Shown here: piece by piece, positions 59,643 through 64,000 of the stretch | Layout: each line of letters starts with the position of its first letter | How positions within the stretch are numbered: position 1 is the stretch's first letter | From: Haplodiscus bocki | Taxonomy: Eukaryota | DNA length: 64,000 bases | Direction: 5' to 3' | Assembly (NCBI GenBank): GCA_965655095.1 | Contig: OZ296648.1 | Location: 12,834,001 to 12,898,000, forward strand | Translations under genes and position numbers: made by a program | The notes under the pieces: generated by a model | Database searches by the model: none | The model's input: only the letters and a program-made list of their open reading frames with translations | Told to the model about the DNA's origin: nothing

Positions 59643-62600
59643 AGTAGTAGATGTGTGGCAGACCAGGTGGGGGTTCCCTAAAATTGTAAAAGGGTTACAG
59701 CGAGCTAACTTGATCTCATTTTTTTAGCTGCTGACGTTTTTCTGTTTTCGGTCGAAATCTGGGTATGTTCGGCAGTGTTTCGAGACAAGTAAGGCAGTTC
59801 GGTATGCATAGGCATGAGCTTTCTGGCTCCATAATCTTTTGGTTTACGGAGTAGGAGTTACCGACTTAATTTCAACAGCGTGGGAAAAAACGGAGGTTTT
59901 TTGATGAGTCCTTCTATTATCTCACCCCACACTTGCAATTAAAGCGCCTGCGGATGGCACGCTCAATACGGTGTGGTTGAGCACTGCTGCCACTTAATGT
60001 AATGTCAAAACGCTGACTAAAGTTTTGAATTAATAATATGGAATCTATGAAACTGAACAAACACATAAAAAAGAGACTCAAATAGTTGAATAAAAAATCA
60101 GACGTTGCATGTGAACTTCAAAACTCTCGACCTTTGCCTCTTGATCAGATTAGCACAATCTTTTCTTAGTTTTACCGAATGTACCAGCACCGTGATTGTT
60201 TGTTTGGCAAAATTTGCTTGTTGATGGATTGTTCAAGGTTTAGTGAAGGACCTTTCGTTGCTTTTCATGGGTCCAACGCCACTTCTTGCAATACGTCTTG
60301 CTACATAGACAAAGAGTACCTCTGAAAAAGAACACCTCTCTGAAAAAAACATGAATTTCGCGTTTCATGTTTTTGTGTTTCCACAACAGTTTCGGGGAAA
60401 AAATTCCGACTGCACCAGCTCTTACACTATCAATGCCATCATTCGATTGCAATTTTTTTGCGTTGTTTCCGGGTAGGGCTGGACAAAAGCTTGCAATCCC
60501 TCCTCCGCAAAAACGAGACGCTTAGAAATGGTATCGTTTTTCAAATCAGCTATCCTAATAGCATCACCGAACTTTTTTTGAAAAGACAGTGTTCGGGTTC
60601 CGTTTTCTGCAGTTTTGCGAATTGCACAAAATTGAATGCGACAGTGGTTGGTTCTCTGTGTTCAATCTGTTTTCGATTGAGTTCAGCTCCTTACCTTTCT
60701 CCTTAAACAGTGTACAGAAAAAACCATGTGTGTCAATATCGTCTCAGTATTTCTCCACAGTGTGTCGGCTGCAATCTTCAATGTGAAAAAGAAAGGAGAT
60801 TTTGACTTGAAGCTTCATAGTTTCTTCAACCACAGTTGACGTTTGATTCCCGCCATTTTGTCTTCTGGCGTCTAGTTTTGCTGCTAACTTTTTTTCTGCA
60901 GTTTACCAAAGGAAACGGTGTTTTTTAGTACAAACCAGATCTAATTCTTTTTTAAATTAAAACGGAAGTGTAATCTGTGCACTTTTTCGGTCCCTAAAAA
61001 TCAAAATCATTTTTTGTTTAGGTTGAGACAGTATTTAATCTGCTGCAGCTAACGTTTAACTAAGTTTCTTTTATCATTTTTTACTAACTGAAGTTTTCTT
61101 CAGGATTGGAGTATTCTTAGCAGAATTGGTTCTCACAATTTCTGGTTTGTCAACGCTGCATTTCACATAACTAAACGTCGTCCCGTTCTTTTTCTCCGGA
61201 AAGCTTTGGTTGTATGTAAGAAAAAGTTTTTCGGATAGAAAGTTTAACATTATTGGCTGTCAGGTACAGTCTCCGCCACTCACAAACGCTTTTTTCTTGT
61301 ATTTAGTTTTTTCTAAGTTCAGCGAGATACCTACTTTTTTCCCACTTTAAATGTTTTTTCCAGACAGATGGTGGAACATATAAATGGGGACAAAAAAGCT
61401 AAAAGTAACCCATTGCCTCACATACAATGTTGCAGTGTGGACAAAACCCACCAATACTGATGCAATCTCCATATCTTTTTCTGCCCTGCTGTTTAGAATT
61501 TTTCTGATATACAATCTGCTTGTGTTCGTTAAAAAGAGGACAAGAACATTCTTTGAAAGCTACGGGTCTTGTTTTGTCGTGGTGGGTTTCTACTGATCTT
61601 TTAAATGAAATCCGAACGTGTATAATGTCCCGCTGGAATGAGTTGACATAATGACATTTGGTATATGTGGCTGGCGTCAACACCCCAAAACACATTCGTG
61701 TGATTGTCAATTTTCGAGTAAAAGTTTCGTCAACAGAAGCACTGAGTGCAAAAACTACAGATTGACTATCAGCTACATCCTGCCGAGTTTTCCCCATACG
61801 TCTTCATTTCGGTCCCTGATGTGATACGGTTTTTCGTGTGTTTGTCTGCTTAGACAATAAATGACCAATTTAGCAATGTACAACCAAACTTCTATTTTTC
61901 GATATCTTTGTTTTGAAGGTTTGAAGGTTTGTATACTATCAAGCTATTATCACAGTTCGTTGCTTCATCATGAAAACCCAAATTTTTCAACAGCTGAATA
62001 TCTTGAAACCAGAAGAAATGTCACTGGCTTGTTCAAAATTTGCGGGTTCTTTGAATATTTTGTTCCTTGACAAGAATGGATAAACAAGACAGAAAGATTT
62101 TTCTTGAGATCAAAATTTGCTTTTTTAAGCCCAGTGATCAATTTACAAGTGCAATACCGCTCGAAAGGCTCCTGAAGCCTACAAGTCAAAAAAGTGAGCA
62201 GTCTTTTACCTGGAGGAACTAGACAGCAGTACAGCTTCTGTTCTTGAAATCATTTTGACTATTGATTTTTGTTCAATTCCTTCGGTTGATAATAGATTCT
62301 GCTGCGTTTTCCAAAGACACGGCCTACTTTGTTTTTCTTATCCTCTTGTCGTCGAACAGAATGTTTAACTTGTGTTTCGTTTGGTGGCGCCGCATTTCCA
62401 AACTCTTGGTTACATTTGTAAACCCACTGATGCCAATCAATGTTGCATATAAGAAATGTTGCTTTCTGACGATTTGACGCAGAAGGTACTGATATTGGAA
62501 CACGCTTCTCTGTCTACGGTATTTTCGTTGTTTTCATACAGTTCTCCTGCTGGACAAACATGGATTCAAAATCAATTTCTGAACATTTCTGTTTACGCGA

Positions 62601-64000
62601 GTACTTAAAACTTAGAAGTTGCAGCTTTTTTCGGTGGAATTAATCTGGTTTCACGTAAGTTCCCGGAATAAATTTTCCTCACTCGTACACTTCTTCTGAT
62701 TAAGTGCCGCTCCAAACTGGCTGTTCGGTTTGACAAAAAAACAACTAAAAGATTGGGAACCCGCTTCATTGTTAATCACATAACGAATATGGTGTTTGGT
62801 TCCCACTAGTTGCTCAGTGGTTTCTGTGTTTTTTGCTCATTTTATCTAGTGAGCTCTCCAATAAAGTTTCTATTCACAATATTTTATCACGTAAAAAGTC
62901 ATTCAGTCTTAGCACAATCTCAACAATTGGAATACCGTTGTTGTGAACTCTGCTGAAGTTGTTAAGAATAACACTCTGCATTCTCTCGATCAACAAATTG
63001 ATATTTTTGAGGTTTATCCTGATGAAAATAAATTTCCGTGCAATGGGAAAACAAGCTGCTATAGACTGTTTTGTGTTGTCTGCGAAAGTCTGATAATTGA
63101 TGCCAAATTTTCAGTGAAGGTTGGATTAAAACAGCGTCTTTCAACCCATAGGTTGGTCACTGACAGGAACAGGAAGCACTGTTAAACTTGTCAACTCAAG
63201 GATCTCTTTTCTACTGTACATGACTCCATGGTGTATTTTGTTGACAAGATCCTACAACTTTATCAAAACATTCCTTGTGCGAGCAAGCTCGGATCGATCT
63301 ACCAGGGCAGTGTTTTTGCGTGCGCAGAACTTTAGACACTTCCATCTACTGAACTTGTCAAAAAGAACCAAAATGCCGAACACAATTTAAGTTGTTAGGG
63401 TAAAAAAAGATCTTGTTCCTCGTCCATATTTTTTGCTTTGATAGTTTTCATCAAATATATCTTCCTGTGGTCTCAACTGTTTGAAATCACATTTTACGAG
63501 GATTTATTGACATAAACGAAGCAACTCCGCAATATTCGTGTCATTGATTTTGTTTTTGATGTCTTTCAGACCAAAATATGGTGTCTCCTTGAGAAAACGG
63601 TGCTGAGTGGTTTTAGTTGGTCCTAAACTTTAAAAACCTGAAAAATCTTCGTAAAAAAGTTCGCACCCGAAGACAGCATCCCTTTTTTAAGCGCATATTT
63701 TTTTGACGACATGTGAGTTTAGGCCATTCTGGAAGGTTGACGAGAATCCTGTGAAAATTAGCATAGTACATACTTTCACCTGAGCATCTCTTCTTGCGCC
63801 TAAATTTTTAGTTTGCAATCCACAGTTATCACAAGTGATTTTTTCTCTGCAACTGACAAAATGTTTTGCTACTTTGGGGACAAAAATCAGCAAATTGTTG
63901 CTAACTCTGCAAAAACAACACAGTTGAAAAATCCGTAAAAATCGTTACTGATCCATGTATACCATCAATAGAAAACTCACGCGAACAAAAGCTGAGTAAG
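59643..64000. mobile_element. Left end of a third, decayed Polinton (family B-like), continuing beyond the window
   Basis: Begins AGTAGTAG at 59643 with a TIR similar to 27960 onward, and polB lies in the same position and orientation as in Polinton B. Confidence 0.82.
60090..63860 (-). pseudogene. Polinton pPolB with N-terminal zinc fingers
   Basis: REKITCDNCG (63687-63893); LCLCSKTYC (60240-60452); RYCTCKLITGLKKANFDL exonuclease segment; colinear with 28460-32610. Confidence 0.85.

Noticed and set aside
1-64000. tRNA, rRNA or spliced conserved host genes; most 60-130 aa ORFs in the track
   Set aside because: No cloverleaf, rRNA or conserved host domain recognised. The short ORFs are fragments or antisense shadows of decayed elements.

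Overview
This is a repeat-saturated animal (eukaryotic) genomic window, made almost entirely of nested mobile elements; no prokaryotic features were seen. (1) 1-2374 is the right end of a young, AT-rich Polinton/Maverick (adintovirus-like) element. It has an uninterrupted protein-primed DNA polymerase B, a 129-aa orphan ORF and an unusual terminus in which the last ~102 bp are also present as an internal inverted copy (AGTAGT...ACTACT foldback, 2057-2374). (2) ~2.6-8.8 kb is a heavily decayed CR1/L2-like LINE interrupted by a MITE-like repeat and a truncated solo LTR. (3) 9370-~20000 is a decayed Ty3/Gypsy element on +, with a ~2.1-kb 5' LTR, PBS, gag with two CCHC knuckles, PR-RT-RH-IN and a long 3' extension. 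(4) A related Gypsy element on - (~20000-27959 plus 46050-~49600) has its RT split by (5) an essentially full-length but pseudogenised 18.1-kb Polinton (27960-46049). That Polinton retains TIRs, a 6-bp TSD with one mismatch, polB, packaging ATPase, integrase, minor and major capsid, a core-like protein and a cysteine protease. (6) Next come a stray capsid/protease fragment, a 205-bp palindrome, one intact orphan ORF that may be a host gene (52954-53460) and an RTE-like LINE. (7) A third, decayed Polinton begins at 59643. Gene assignments in fossils rest on hand translation and motif recognition, no database search was run, and boundaries marked approximate are +/- tens of bp.
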